From assembly GCA_964016885.1 (NCBI GenBank), contig OZ024740.1, positions 134,168,001 to 134,232,000 of the forward strand: DNA of 64,000 nucleotides, given 5' to 3'. The notes beneath the pieces were generated by a model that did no database searches, was not told the DNA's origin, and saw only the letters and a program-made list of their open reading frames with translations. Of this stretch, positions 46,733-60,838 are shown piece by piece; the stretch's first letter is position 1; each line of letters opens with the position of its first letter. Made by a program: the position numbers and the translations under genes. This DNA comes from Eledone cirrhosa (lineage: Eukaryota).

Positions 46733-46934
46733 AAAATACTATAAGTCGGCTGCTTTGGATCTGCAACAGGCACAGTTTCGAAGTTTTAAAGGCAAACTCT
46801 GTAGAACAGATTTGTGAGTGCGAATGTATGTTTGTTTAGGTACGTAGTTATGTATGAAATAGCGATGTAATAATTCTTTTACTGACACTTTCTCTTTCAT
46901 TTTACTTAGTCATTGTTTCAGTGGTTTACGATGA
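46733..46934 (+). other. Candidate exon pair (46733-46813 and 46910 onward) around a 96-nt GT-AG intron
   Basis: Donor gtgagt at 46814, branch-point-like tactgac at about 46880, pyrimidine tract and ttag at 46906-46909. One spliced reading is KYYKSAALDLQQAQFRSFKGKLCRTDFHCFSGLR*. Confidence 0.33.
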
Positions 46935-47862
46935 TGCTAGTTAAGAGCGCGGGTAGGAATCACCTCCAACGAGCTGATATGCTCTGGATGAAATGCTGCA
47001 AATCGAAATCTTTGGCGCTCAACTGCCGATTCATTTGTGGTTACAGATAATTTTCTACATGTATAACATGTGATGGGTTCTGTATAAATGAGTGTGTGTG
47101 CTTTGAATGATTTGAAAAAAGTGAACACTCGTAAGGAGTATATATGTTTTCTCGTAATACTGGTGTCATAAAATATTTTCTTTGATTGTAGTTTATTAAA
47201 AGTATTTTTCATTGAGTAAGCAGTTCTATTGAGTTTTAAAAAAACAATATTGCTAGTTGTGTTATATATTCATTTACCAAAGCTATTACCAGTTAAACTG
47301 AAAATGTAGAGCATTTGAACATAACCTAAATAGTTCAGTACTCTACAGTCTGCGGCAATTCCACAAGTCAAGGTATGGAGATCGTATGATGTTAATTCCT
47401 TACTATCTTAGAGCTTAAAAACAACGGAATTGAAATTAAATGTTTAACTGGAATCAAACTTGCATCGTTGAATTGATTCGCCAAGTGTTAATACCAGTTT
47501 ATGGTGCTCGCTTTTCAAGTAATATATTCATACTCTTGAAAAGAAGAAAAACCTAATTGCAATATTTCATGAACAATTAAACATGAACACTTTGACACAA
47601 TGATACACCAATACCAGTAATACAGTAAGATTGGAGACATTACCAACAAAATTGTTCTCATTCCAACACATAAGAAACTCTAATTATTTCTACTTATCAG
47701 ACATTTTGCTTCATTTTCTTTCTATTGTTCTTATTTTATTCTGTTTCTTCCTCGATGCATCTATCGTCCAAAGTATTATCTCTCTTTCTCTGCTTTTCTC
47801 ACTCACTCACTCTCTCACTTTCTCCCTCCCTCAATCTCTCTCTCTCTCTTTCTCTATTTCTT

Positions 47863-47939
<77 letters not shown>

Positions 47940-47955
47940 TTACTTCTTTATATAT

Positions 47956-48060
<105 letters not shown>

Positions 48061-49009
48061 GATATACAGACAGACAGAGATGCATTTCTGTATATAGTTG
48101 CATATGTGAATATATGTGTGTATATTGCTATTGTTTCTCTCTCTCACCTTCTCCTCTTCTCCTCTCTCTTGCTCTCTCCTTCTCCCTCTCTCAGTCTCTC
48201 TCTCTCCCTCTCTCCGTCTCTCTCTCACTCTCACTCTATCTCTCTCTTTCTTTCTCTCATACTCTCAGAATTCGATACTAACGAATGAACAATCTCCAGA
48301 AACCCATTACTGAACGTTCTTCACCAAAAATGCTTGAATGTGTGGAAGAGACACATTTTCTCCGATACTTGAAAATAATAGTTATTTTCCAGATCTTAAC
48401 GGTCCATGCAGCCATTACAATACCGGAAACAACATGTCTAGTTTGGAGAGCTGCCATGCTTATTATTCAAGCGACTGATATAACAAGAATCAGTAGTTAT
48501 AGTTGTAGCTGTAGTCGTTGCGATGATGGTTGCTTAGATGTTTTATGGTAAAATTCCGTTCGTATGACCATTACATAGAAAAAGATATTTTATGCCGTAA
48601 ATCAGTCCAAGAACAATTTTTGCCTACCATTCAGACTTTAGCTTCGACCAATAAAACAGATGTCTAATAACTTGACCACAGAGTAGGTTAGAGGGAACGA
48701 ACTACCTTCAATTATATTACTGAATATTCGTTTCGTTATTTTCCTTTTTCTTTCAATTTTCAGATTTCTCTATTCTTTCATTTTACTTTTTTATTCCTAC
48801 TTCATTCAGTCTTTCTCCCATCTTGACAAAAATAATACATCTTTTGTTGGAGGTTTATTCTTTTCTCTTTCTTCATTTTTTTCTGCTAATTTGCTATAGT
48901 GGTGGTAGTAGTAGTAGCAGTAGATTCAGAACCAACAGTAAAATCAACATCAACATCATCATCATCATCATCATTATTATTGTTATCATTATTATTATTA
49001 TTATTATTG

Positions 49010-52000
49010 GCAACCTACGTAGTAAATCGTATCATCGTGAGCTCCGCAAAGGTTTGTTGTTTTCAGTTGTTTAAAATTGCCATTTATGAAAATTTTTTAT
49101 TGTTAACTGTATATAAGTGCACATACATTGTTTTCTTAAAAGGACACTCAAAAAAAAAGATTGGGACCTTGAGCCCAAAATTTAAACTTTTATAATTATC
49201 AAACAAAAATTTATTTGAAAAAAATCATGGATGACTCAGTCACACCTTCCTCACAAACTAACACCTCACACCGACACCACCATTGTAAATATTACTACGT
49301 TTGCCAACACTAAAAATATAAGCAGTAGCAATATTTTAAATTTGTCTCAGGCAGACATTCATTTACCGCCATTACCAATGACTGCAGTTGTTGAAGCCTC
49401 CACCCCCACCACCACCACAGTGACAACAGAAACAAAAGAAAAAAATAAATTATCTCGTGATATCGAAATGAATTCACCCAGAACGAACTCTTCCACACCG
49501 AACACCACTGACGCCACCATCACCACAACTGAAACTAAAATTAACAATAACAAAAATAACGATAACAACAACAGCAACAATGAAATTAAGAAAACCTCCC
49601 TGTCTTTTGCCGGAGTAGCAAAAAAGTGCGAAGCATTCCAGGTAACTCAGGAGGAATTAGAAGAAGCCAAAGGAATGGGAAAGAAAGATGGGTACAGGGT
49701 CAGCCTCACCCCTCCACCTAATAAAATGGAGCATCGGCGCCTATGCACCGTGTCTTATCGGACGATTAACATAAAATAGCGCCGAGTGGAACGGGCATCC
49801 GAATCCCAAATCCAAAAAGCTTTGGGACATGTGTGGGAAACAAAAAACCACATCAGACGTGGGCAAATTCCCTGGCTAATGGCTGCCGTCCTCGCCGGCA
49901 TCGAGGCCAACACCAAGATAATCAAAATAGCGAAAGAAAAGCAGGAGAATTGGTCCGGATCTGGCATGGAGCTCCTGATCCAAGCGGACCAAAAAAGCAT
50001 TGAGGAGAACCCAGAGGTAATAGACCTCACTGACGGCAGCCACCTCACTGTAATCGTCGAGGGCAGAAGGCCTAGGTGTGTCGTTTGTGGTGAAGGAACT
50101 CACCTAAGGCTTTCTGCCCTCAGGTTAAAAGGTTGAGACCACCTCCCTTACCCACCCCAGTGACTCAACCATCAACACCACCAGCAGCAGAAATGGCAGC
50201 AACAACTGTAGCAACAACAGCAGAAGCAACTGTAACAGCAACAACCCCAGCAACAGTAGCAAAACCAACACCACCACCACCCAACGCACCAGAACTAGCA
50301 CTAGCGCCTACACCATCCACAACGCCACAACCAAAACCAACGCCTGTGGAGGATTTTCCACTCCCCGACCTATCGCAACTGGAGACGGATTGTGGCGACG
50401 AGGAGTGGGAAACGGTATCAGGAAAGAAGAAAAAAAAAGAAAAAGAAACCAAAGAAGAAAAAAATACTCTTCCTTCCTCCTCCAAAAACAAAATACAGAG
50501 GGAAACAAATAAACTATCAAACAAAAAAGTTAGGAGAGATATGCCACCATCCATACCAGCATCAACAACCCCATCACCACAAACACCAACACCATCACCA
50601 TCATTAACGCCAACACCACCATCACCATCATTAACGCCAACACCACCATCACCAACACCATCACCATCATTAACGCCAACACCACCATCACCAACAACAG
50701 AAAAGTCACCAAAAAGCGAAACAGAAACAAACCCATAACAAACGCAAACAAAACAAAACAACCAAAACGATACACACTACACAGCATTAAATTTGAACAA
50801 CAACCAATTATTACACTACATCCAACACAACACCAGCATCACAGAAAAAGACTACACAACAACCCAAAAGTTCACACCACCTCCACACATACAAATCACT
50901 CGCATCACACAGAAAACGTACACGGCACTAAAACAAAAATTCCCCAAAGACATCGGAGACTTCCGACAACCACTCTCCAGGAGGATTTATAAGGACATCC
51001 TTCCGGAGTAGGCCACAAGCAGTGAAAAGGATGGACAAAACCATCCTTCCTCTACGAGAAGTAAGGTAAGTGATTTTCCCATCTTTTCCACTCCATTTCA
51101 ACATGACCTCATTCAGAATAGGCAGCATAAATGCGCGTGGCTTGGGGTAGTCATGGAAGTAGGACCACCTGCTCAACGACCTCAGGTTACAAAACAGATG
51201 TAGTGGCCATCAGCGAGACTGGTATCTCCGAAGCACGGGCCTGCGCACCGATCTTCGGAGGCTACGACGTGTACGCATCTCCCAGCCGCCCTGGACCGGG
51301 GGGAGGTGTTGCTGTGCTTTTTCGGAGAGGTTTGGATCTCGCTATACGGGCCATCTTCCTGGACACAGAAGGTAAGTTGGTGGTTCTGGACGTGACCAGC
51401 GGAGATGGGCAAGCTTTCAGGCTAGTGGCCGTCTATTCCCCGACAGGAGCAGGGCGGCCTGATTTCTTCCGGCGTCTGGAGACCTTTCTTGGAACGTCCC
51501 GCTCTTTAGTGTTAGTGGGCGACTGGAACGGGATCTTAGATGCACGCTGGGACTGTGTGGGATTAGCGGATACGGGAGGAGGGTGCAATAGCCTCACCAA
51601 CCTGCTCAGGCGTTTTGAACTGTCTGACAGATACCGATTGGATTTCCCGAATGTGCCAATGTGGACTTGGACAAATCGCATAGGGTCATCCAGATCATAT
51701 CTAGATAGAGTATTTTGTAGGGAAATAGATAGGTCTAGCATAGGCTGTCCACAATTCAAGATAGTCAGCTACACGGACCACAAATTCGTGATCTGTGTGC
51801 TTGACTTAGATTGGTTTCATAGACGAGGACTCGGCTACCGGAAGCTAAACGCGTCCTTACCATCTCGCAAGGCCTACAGAGACCGGATTAGCGAACTAGT
51901 TAAGCGGGCGTTGACGGGGGCCATCGTCAACAACAAGTGGTGGTTTGCTCTGAAAAGAGCGATTAGAATAGAGTCCATTAGGTTTAGTAAGGCTTTAGCA

Positions 52001-54729
52001 ATAGAGAAAAATAGAGCAGAGGGAGAACAGGTTAGAAAATTAGACGAGGCGCTTAGCAAAGGCATCGCCACCGACGTACTTGCAGCGAAATTGGCCCTTG
52101 ACCAATTCTTCAATGCAAAGCACGAAGGCTGCGTTGTCAGAGCTAGGGTGCGTGCTCTCAGACACGAGGGGACGAAAGCCGTTCAATGGGCCCGAGTGGA
52201 GGAGGCGCATCGTGGAAACAAAGACACGATCCGGTCTTTGGTGGACCACGACGGGCGCATGCTACTCGATCCCGGCAAATGTGTGAAGCTTTTCAGCGAC
52301 ACTTCGCACAGCTGTCGGGGGCAGCGGCGGGCCGGATCGAGGGATGGACTTTAGTGTCTACCTCGACGGACTGCCGCAGCTCTCGGCCACTGAGGCTAAG
52401 TGTTGCGAAAAGCCGATAACAACCACTGAAATACGGGAGGCAATGACTGGCGGCACAAGGGGTAAATCGCCTCGTTTGGATAGTCTGCACTATGAACTTT
52501 ACGTACAGATGCCAGAATTGTTCGGAGGCCTCTTGGCAGACGTCTACTGCAACTGGCAACAGAACGGGAGTATTCCCAGCTCTGTGAGCCGAGGAGCTGT
52601 GGCACTGCTGAGAAAGGATCCGAACAAGGGGGATAACATAGATAATTTCAGGCCCATAACTCTGCTAAACACAGAGTTCAAGATTTTGGCCAAGGTGTTA
52701 GCAAAGAGGTTGGCGCTTGACGTTGGTGGTCTGGTGGGAGAGCCGCAGTCATACGCCATTCCCGACATATCCATCCACGACAACCTCCACCTTATGCGAT
52801 ACATCGTAGAAAGGGTAGCTAGGGAACCTGGCACGGGTGGGTCCTTGATCAATTTAGATCAGTCGAAAGCTTTCGATAGGGTTGACCATCGTTACCTAGC
52901 CGCAGTCCTGAGGGCGGCTGACTTTGGGCCCGTCTTCAGAGGCTGGATCGCTGCCATACACAGCGACATCTGCTCTGTGGTGAGAGTGAACGGTCACCTT
53001 TCGGAACCGTTTAACATCATGCGCTCGGTCCGCCAAGGATGTCCCCTCTCGTCCCTCTTGTACGTATTGACTCTCGAGCCATTACTGCACAAACTGGAGA
53101 CGTTGAGTGGGGTCCCGCGCGAACTAGGATGCGGAAGATCCGTGTCAGCATATGCGGACGATGTCACCGTAGTGGTGTCGAACGCCAAACACATCGAGGC
53201 GATCGGCACTACACTAAGAGAATACGAAGCGGTGACAGGAGCAATGATCAACCAGGAAAAGTCAGTGGGCCTGCAGCTCGGCACCTGGAGAAGCAGGTCC
53301 ATGCCGTCCAACAGCGTCGTCGGGCGCTGGACGGACGGACCGGTTAAATTGCTAGAGGTCTGGTTCGGTCCGGAACTCCAGACGGACAAAAACTGGGACG
53401 AGGTGACGAGCAGGGTGGCTTCTCTCACCCAGAAATGGGTGGAGAGGAAGCTATCCCTGAAAGGTCGAGCGGAGGTGGCTAACGCGTACATCCCGTCCGT
53501 CATCTACTACCGCCTGACCGTCGTACCTTGTCCTAAGCCCCGCCTGACTGCGCTGGAGCGTTTGCTCTTTCGCTTTTTGTGGAAGGGACGCGCTCCGATG
53601 GTCAGGCGGTCCATCTGCTGTCAACACCCGCTACGTGGAGGGCTGGTCATGCCGTGGCTGATGATGCACAGACACGCGCTCAGGCTACGACATCTCCACC
53701 TCTTCCTCGACGGTGATTAGGTGTGGTCGCCGTTTGCTAGACATGTCTTTCCCCAGCTCGTCTCCTTGACGGAGCGCTTGGAGACTGGAATGTCTTCAGG
53801 CGCTCACAGCCCTCGACCAATCGGGCAATGTGATCGGTGGAAACTCCACCTTGGCGTTCTATAGAGGATTAGTGGAGGGGAAGAGCGACGACGTACTTGG
53901 AGAAACTCTAAGCGTCGACGAAAATCAACTAGCCAATCTCTTTGGAAGGACTTTCGGGCCGGGGCCTATGGACAACTTCCAGAAATCCCTGGCCTGAAAG
54001 TGTTACCGAGGAGCTTTGCCAGTTCGGGATAAACTCTACAGGCATGGAGGTGCCGTCAGCCGGGCATGTCCGAGATGCGCGCAGGGCGACGAACCGTCCT
54101 GCACGCACTCGTCCAGTGTCCGAGCATTGCTGACTTGTGGGTTTATGTCGAACACCTGCTGTCACGTGTAGGACGGATTCAGCTATCAGCTGAGTCCATC
54201 GTGAGGATTGCCCCGCCCTCTTCCTTTAGCCGGGAAGGGCAGGCAGTTTTTATCTGTCTGGTGGCCATGGCGAAAGAGATAGTATGGTGGACACGTTTGA
54301 ACGGGCTGAAGACGAGCACTTACCTCTTCGGTGATGCCCTGATTAACTTTTTCAAATTTCATTTGAAAAGGAAAATCAGGGTAGAGAGGGAAGTGCTCTC
54401 TTCCCAGTATTTTGTTGAAAGATGGGTGAGAGAAGCAAGTATGGCCCGAGTGAATGGGCCTACTCTGAGTATGTGTCTGTAAATTAAAGGTGGAAAACTG
54501 GGAGAGGGCACTTGCCCTGGTGGTCAGGGTCACTGTGGCCTTTTAATCGGCTTTCTTCACAAATGTCCCTCGGAAGTCTCCCCCCTATTGGGGAATTTTT
54601 CATTGTTATTTTTTTATTATATCCTCTGTTTTTTTACACGCAGAAATGCCCATTTGAACCGTCCTGTATTGTCCTGTACTGTCCTTAATGTCTACTTTAT
54701 GTAAACCCTTGTGGTTAATAAAGAAAGAA
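49010..54729 (+). mobile_element. Tx1/L1-clade LINE, near full length with a few stops and frameshifts
   Basis: ORF1 remnants at 49231-50738 include a CCHC knuckle (RRPRCVVCGEGTHL). ORF2 runs from ATG about 51103 (MTSFRIGSINARGL) through APE endonuclease (ISET, VGDWN, SYLDRV, YTDH), RT (FRPITLLN, LDQSKAFDRVDH, RQGCPLS, YADD) and C-terminal C..C...HALVQC to a stop at 54482. AATAAA precedes (TTA)n. The 5' boundary is approximate. Confidence 0.93.
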
Positions 54730-54761
54730 TTATTATTATTATTATTATTGTTGTTGTTATT

Positions 54762-56672
54762 CCTTGAATCTCAGTCATTGATGTTGGTTAACTGGAAAGT
54801 CCGTTGGATTGAATATCAAGCCACTACCTGCAGCCTCAGATATTCAGGACGTATCGGAGGGTTCTTGCTGTTCCAAGCAAGCATGCCTTTTGAAGCGTTC
54901 CAAAAAGCGTGAAGGGGCCGATTTTCTTTAACCATCCCTGGAAACTTTTGGAGATAGTCTCCAGTGCGCCTATGACAATCGGGATCACTTTGACTTCATG
55001 GCAGTTCCAAATCCTTTTCACCTCCCACTTTAGGTCCTGGTATCGGTTAATTTTCTCCCTCTCCTTCTCTTGCACTCTCGTGTCGAACGGGCAGGCCACA
55101 TCCACAATCAGACACGATCTTTTTTCTTTGTCCACAACCACCAGGTCAGGTCTATTGTGTTCCAGTTTTTTGTCCGTCTGTATCCTAAAATCCCACAGCA
55201 CCTTCACCTGATTGTTCTCCATCACCGCCTCTGGCCTATGCTCATACTATTTCTCAGAATGTGGTAAATTGTTTACTTTGCACAGGTGCCAGTGGATCAC
55301 CCTGCCCATCACATCGTGTCTCCAGCCCTTATAGTTGGTCTGGGCTAGGTGTTTACACTCGGACACAATGTGAGCCACAGTCTCCTCTCTCTCTCCACAG
55401 ATCCTGCACAGTGGGCTAGCCTCCTCCTTGTAGATATGGTGCTTCAACCACTTCGTTTTGAGGGCCTGCTCCTGCGCAGCCATTAGCATTCCTTCTGTAG
55501 CCTTTTTGAGGTCTCCTCTTCTCAACCAGTTCCATGTCTGTGGATCTCTAAATTCAGTTTTCTCAAAGAAGGTACTATGAAGGGATTTTCCCTTAAGGCT
55601 GCTCTTCCTCCTTGATGTTATTTCCTCCTTGGACATCCCCTGGCCTACTGTCCCCTCCTTCAGTACAGTTCTGAGCATTGGCTCCTTACTATAGGTCACG
55701 TATTTGTATAGGTTGTTTTTCTCCATCTGAACACAGTCCTCTATGCTGATAAGACCTCTTCCACCCTCAGATCTCCTTAGGTAGAGTCTATCGACATCAC
55801 TCCTCTTGTGGAACATGTTGTAGATAGTCAATAGCTTCCTAGTCTTCCTATCCATTTCTTTTTGTTCAGCAACATTCCATCTCAGAATTCCCGCACTGTA
55901 CCTAATAATAGACACAGCTCGGGAATTTACTGCGCTTATGGCATTTCTGCTGTTCAGATGTGACTTCAATACGCTCCTTACTCTTCGAATGTATTCAGTT
56001 CTTAACAATTCCTTCATTTTTTTGTTCTTTATGCCATCAGCCTCCAGAACGCCCAAATACTTGTATCCTTCCTCAGAGTCAATTTCCTTTATCATCTCAC
56101 CTGTTGGTATCTAGATCCCGTTACTTCTGCTCAACCTACCCCTCTTCATCACAATGACTCCACATTTACCAATACCAAACTGCATACATATATCACTGCT
56201 GAAAATACGGACAGTGTCAACAAGCACATCCAACTCCTTCTCACTTTTCTCGAAGAGCTTAAGATCGTCCATGAAGAGGAGGTGATTGATGGTAAGCTCT
56301 CCCCTTCCCAACTTGTATCCTGCTCTCACTTTTCGCAGCATAATGGTCAAGGGCATCAGGGCAAGGACAAACAACAGAGGGGACAGGCTATCTCCCTGGA
56401 AGATACCTCTCTTGATCTTCACGCTTCCCAAGGATACTCCAGTTGATGTCAACTCTGTCTCCCAGGACCCCATACTCCTGCCTAGCAACTGTCTGATGTT
56501 ATCTGCCACCCTGAAGATCTCCAGACTTTTGGTGATCCAGGAATGAGGCACCATGTCAAATGCCTTTCTGTAGTCTATCCATCCCATGGCAAGATCAGTG
56601 TGTCTCCTCCTGCAATTCCCCATTACCATCTTATCAATAAGTAACTGGTCCTTTGTACCACGTGACTTCTTC
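54762..56672 (-). mobile_element. R4/Dong-type RLE LINE, 5'-truncated, inserted in (TAA)n
   Basis: RT ([31 protein letters not shown]), CRICGEREETVAHIVSEC, and RLE RPDLVVVDK...IVDVACP. (TTA)n lies on both sides. Confidence 0.93.
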
Positions 56673-57199
56673 TTATTATTATTATTATGTCCCTATTGGG
56701 GAATTTTTCTTTAGTTTATGCTATGGTTAGGTGAGTGTCAAAAAAGTAAGATTCCAGCCAATGAATTTCGTGGTCCTCTCCCAATTGTACGTACAAAACA
56801 ACATTGGCCATTTATGTTTGGTTTATTTTTTATTTATAATTTATTCTTATGGAAGAGAAAAAAAGTGCAAGGGAAATCTCAAGTGGAACCAGATCTTAGG
56901 ACAGATAGTTGGTTAATAGACGTCATACATAGACTGAAAGATAAAATCAAATACGATGATTTTTTTTTAAACTATATAATCTTACGCATGTTCAACCACA
57001 CGTCAAAGGACTTTGGGCAAATTATTTCTACCATAATCTCAAATTCACCAAAGCCTTGAAAGTGAAATTTAGTCAAGGAAACGCCTACCCAGTTAAAAGT
57101 AAAAGTGTGTACACGGCAAATACGATGAAAAACACTTCGTACACAAGACCTCTACTTAAACACCGAGTAAGTGATGTTAGGGAAATGGAGACACATTGA

Positions 57200-58400
57200 A
57201 AAGCACCTATTACAAAACTGGGAAACACCACTTTTAGTCGACTAGAACTGCTACTGCGCACCAACATGTGATATTGTTCGGGTGATAATGTATTTGCTCA
57301 TTCTTCTGCAGTTTGTCCTACGCCCCGTAAAAATAAGTAGGTAGGGCTGGGTGGAAGACATCATAGAACCCTGAATCACAAACATTGCCTTCTGTAAGTT
57401 CTTTTTCAGATATTCTGCCAGGTATCTTTTCCATTTCATCGTCTGATTCCTCATTACTAGAGCACCGTGTCTGTGCATTGCCACCATTCTACCTACTTGG
57501 TCCACTTCCTCCGAATCTCACATTTCTTCTTGCTTCCAATTTCTTTTCCTCTTTCTTGCTTGCAAAATTAAATCGCGTTGATATTCAGCTACCGAATCTT
57601 GCCTTGCCGCACTCTACTTCACTCCTGCTCTCACAGTAGTTCCTGCACTGGACACATTAGAGTTCCTAGATCCATTGCGCAAACTGCATGCTAAGCCTAG
57701 CCATCTGAGAAGTTAGCTTCTCATCTTGCGCTCAGAGCACTGGCCTACACTCGCGGGATTTCCTAGGAGAACAGAGTCCAGAGGAATCCACTGTGGATTC
57801 CATGCAGTTAAACTCAAGCCTTTTAACTTCTCGGAAGCCTATACCTCTTCATAGTTCTCAACCATAACACTGATCACCTTGATGAAGCTTGTTTCCTACA
57901 GACTTCAGTTGAAGAACTTCGTGTAACGCTTCACGTATTTTTCTGTGACTTGTGGGATCACAGCTTTTGCCAACCTGAAGCAGAACTTTTCAGTCACCTT
58001 CACTCTCTTCAAAACCAAAACCTGGAATTGTTCAGGCTTGAAATAAATGTGTGCCCACGATATATACTAGAGTTCATGGAGAATCTGTTTGCTTCTTGTC
58101 ACTGATGTCATTGTCAACATGAAGTCGTGCTTGGAGGATGTGATGATTAGTTACGCTGTTGAGAGAGCTATCACACGTTTCCCTGGTGAATTGACTAGCA
58201 TTTTCATTGCCAGCCATAAAAGAGGCAATGCAAGGAAAAGGGTTGAGTTGGAGGGAAACCATGTACCACAGGAAATAAAAGATCTCATCTCGGATTATTA
58301 CAAGTTTAGTTTGAGAGTTTCTTCCAGCAGGTTGAGATTTGATTGGCACCAGCTGGAGGTGAAGTTAATCACATGGGTCACCATCTCAGTGACTCAAAAC
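57200..58400. mobile_element. Decayed Hero/NeSL-type RLE LINE: minus-strand 3' part plus an inverted RT fragment
   Basis: About 58240-58390 (+) reads HVPQEIKDLISDYY.FSLRVSS...DWHQLEV..ITW.TISV. The minus strand has YRLPRS and MVAMHRHGA motifs. Confidence 0.6.
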
Positions 58401-60290
58401 AGCCATGAACTCCCAGTATGCCCACATTCCATAACGACGTATTAACGTAGTTGCTACTCGGCAGAATGCTGAAAACAATCTAGCTTTTTACACTGAGCAA
58501 GTAGATTACTGGGAATTGGTTGCTCTTCTATAATTTCTCTTCCTTGAATATGTATACTACTTCAGCATTCTAAGATGGCTTTTAGAACACTTCTTAGCCA
58601 ATGGAGGAGCTTTGAAATGCTCTTATAGATTATGACTTATGATCAAAACCTTCCAGGCTGTAATCTGAATTACATTATCCAATGTGATATTAAGGAAATC
58701 TGACTGCTATTTCTAGCAGCTCAAACATACACGTAAAAGCTCTCTCATTGGATCGATTTAGTCCGGTGATCTACATTGCTTAAGTTGATTCTCTTCTTAT
58801 ATGAGGATAGAACTCTGTCAAAGTTTTACTATATATAGTTTACAACTGAATCTTTCAGACGTGGCAGTTATTTCCTGTTTTAACTTAGGCATTGTTTAGT
58901 TTAGGACTAGACAGTTTCTATTCTCTAACAATTTTTTAATTCTTTCTTTTAACCTATTTGTTTTTGGCAATGTGTGTATTTGTTCTTTGCCTTGCATATG
59001 CTGCTTGTATATTACTTTGTATGATACATTATTCTTTATTTCATTTAAACTCATTCAACAAAATAACAGTCTTTTTCTAAGAGACAAGATTCTTTTTCTC
59101 TCCTTCCACCATCTTTAATTTTGTTTTTTTTATTGTTGTTGCTTATTTATCTATTTTTCTTGGAATATTTCTCTCTTCCTTTGTCTGATGGCGTCAACTA
59201 AAAGATAACTATTTTGTTTCTCAATGAATGAATCTGATTTTTGAATATTTCAGCAATAATGTTACTGATAGTGGCTGTTTGATGAAAGTTTTATAACTCT
59301 TCTTTGCTGGTTTTCTTTTTTTATTGATTGATTTTAAGTATTAATCACTAGTTTGTGTTAGGATATTAGAAATGAGTATCTTATTAGTTTCATCCACACT
59401 GGAATCAAATAGTTTTCGCAAAAGGTTAAAATCGTGTGTTTAATATATTGTTAAATACTCTGGGCCTGGACCTTTTCTCCTTCAGAAAATGTACAAGTAC
59501 TTCCCCAGTCATGAAATGTTGATTAACGTAATTGTTATTTTATATTTTTTCAACATCTCAACAGAAGATAACTAAGCTGCTTTTTATTGAATGAATGGGT
59601 TTTTGAATGTTTGAGTTATTAGACGAAAAGTTTCAAAAAGTCTCTTGTGTGTTGATTTGTAATATTAATTACGACTTTCACCGATTATGTTATTAGTTTC
59701 TGATATTTATAACGTTTTTACTCCTTTCCAACGCTTATCTCTCTCCTATCTTCCCTAACCCTCTCTTTTCTTTCTTTCATATTTCTGTTGGCATCCACTA
59801 TAAGATAGTTATACACTTTCTTTCTTATATTACAAATAGAGTGGTGTGAACTAAACAAAAAAGAGTCCTAGCAAACTGAGTTGATAGAGTGTTTTTCTAT
59901 AGGCCTATTGGTCAACAGTTTGCCTGCCACCTCTAACATTCACAAAACTATATTTTACTTTGATTGCCGAACATTGTTCTATACATACTTTAGTTTAAGC
60001 AGAAGACGCTAATGAATCCACAAATAACTAATTAATTAATAAGAAATTCGAGACAGCGGGATGAAAAGAATCTACCCCTGAGGTTTCAATAAATGTTTCG
60101 GTTTGAAATTCGGAGAATATGACCGAAAACAAGCAGCACCCAAAATCCGGAAGATACAACAGCCAGAAAAGTTTGATTATACCAGCCAACGTAAGGGCAC
60201 TAGTTTGAGTGTATCGATTTACAGTGCTCTTTTCTTGTGCTAGGAGCATACACATACAAAGCTTGATGCATATCAACACAGCCACTTTCA

Positions 60291-60332
<42 letters not shown>

Positions 60333-60562
60333 ATATATATATATATGTGTGTGTGTGTGTCTGTGTGTGTATGTGTGTATATGTATATGTGTGTGCGTGT
60401 ATGTGTGTATGTGTGTATGTATGCATGTTTACTCTGGGCGAAAATGCATCAACTTTTGCGCCATTGAAAGATTTATGACTGCCTCGAATAATTGAAATGG
60501 TATCTGATATACTGCCTCTACAACTTCGATGTATACCTATCATTATTATTATTAGTACCAGT

Positions 60563-60807
60563 AAAGGCGGTGGATTGGCAGTATCGGTAGAGGGTCGGAC
60601 GCCATGCTTTCCAGCATAGTTACCTCCCTTTACGATCTGAGTTCAAATCCCGCCGAGGTTGACTTTGCCTTTCATCCTTACGGGGTCGATAAAATAAAGT
60701 ACCAGTAATGCACTGGGTAATTGCTGGCCTTGTGCCTAAAGTAGAAACAATTATTAGTACCAGTAATGCACTGGGTAATTGCTGGCCTTGTGCCTAAAGT
60801 AGAAACA

Positions 60808-60808
<1 letters not shown>
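60563..60808 (+). mobile_element. tRNA-derived SINE, full length, with a duplicated 3' end
   Basis: A box tggcagtatcggtag, B box gagttcaaatcc, and central domain gcctttcatccttacggggtcgataaaataaagtaccag (resembles the conserved domain of MetaSINE-type SINEs). The 3' ~57 bp is tandemly duplicated and followed by an (ATT)n tail. Confidence 0.88.

Positions 60809-60835
<27 letters not shown>

Positions 60836-60838
<3 letters not shown>

Noticed and set aside
48269-48477. Exon with two in-frame TGA codons (possible selenoprotein)
   Set aside because: There is no redox motif, no recognisable SECIS and no homology. The apparent acceptor is just the end of a (CT)n tract.
50133-50761. Mucin-like or collagen-like Pro/Thr or Gly/Val ORFs
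   Set aside because: They are the low-complexity C-terminus of Tx1 ORF1 and its antisense.
60563-60660. tRNA gene
   Set aside because: A and B boxes are present, but there is no cloverleaf. It is the head of a multi-copy SINE.
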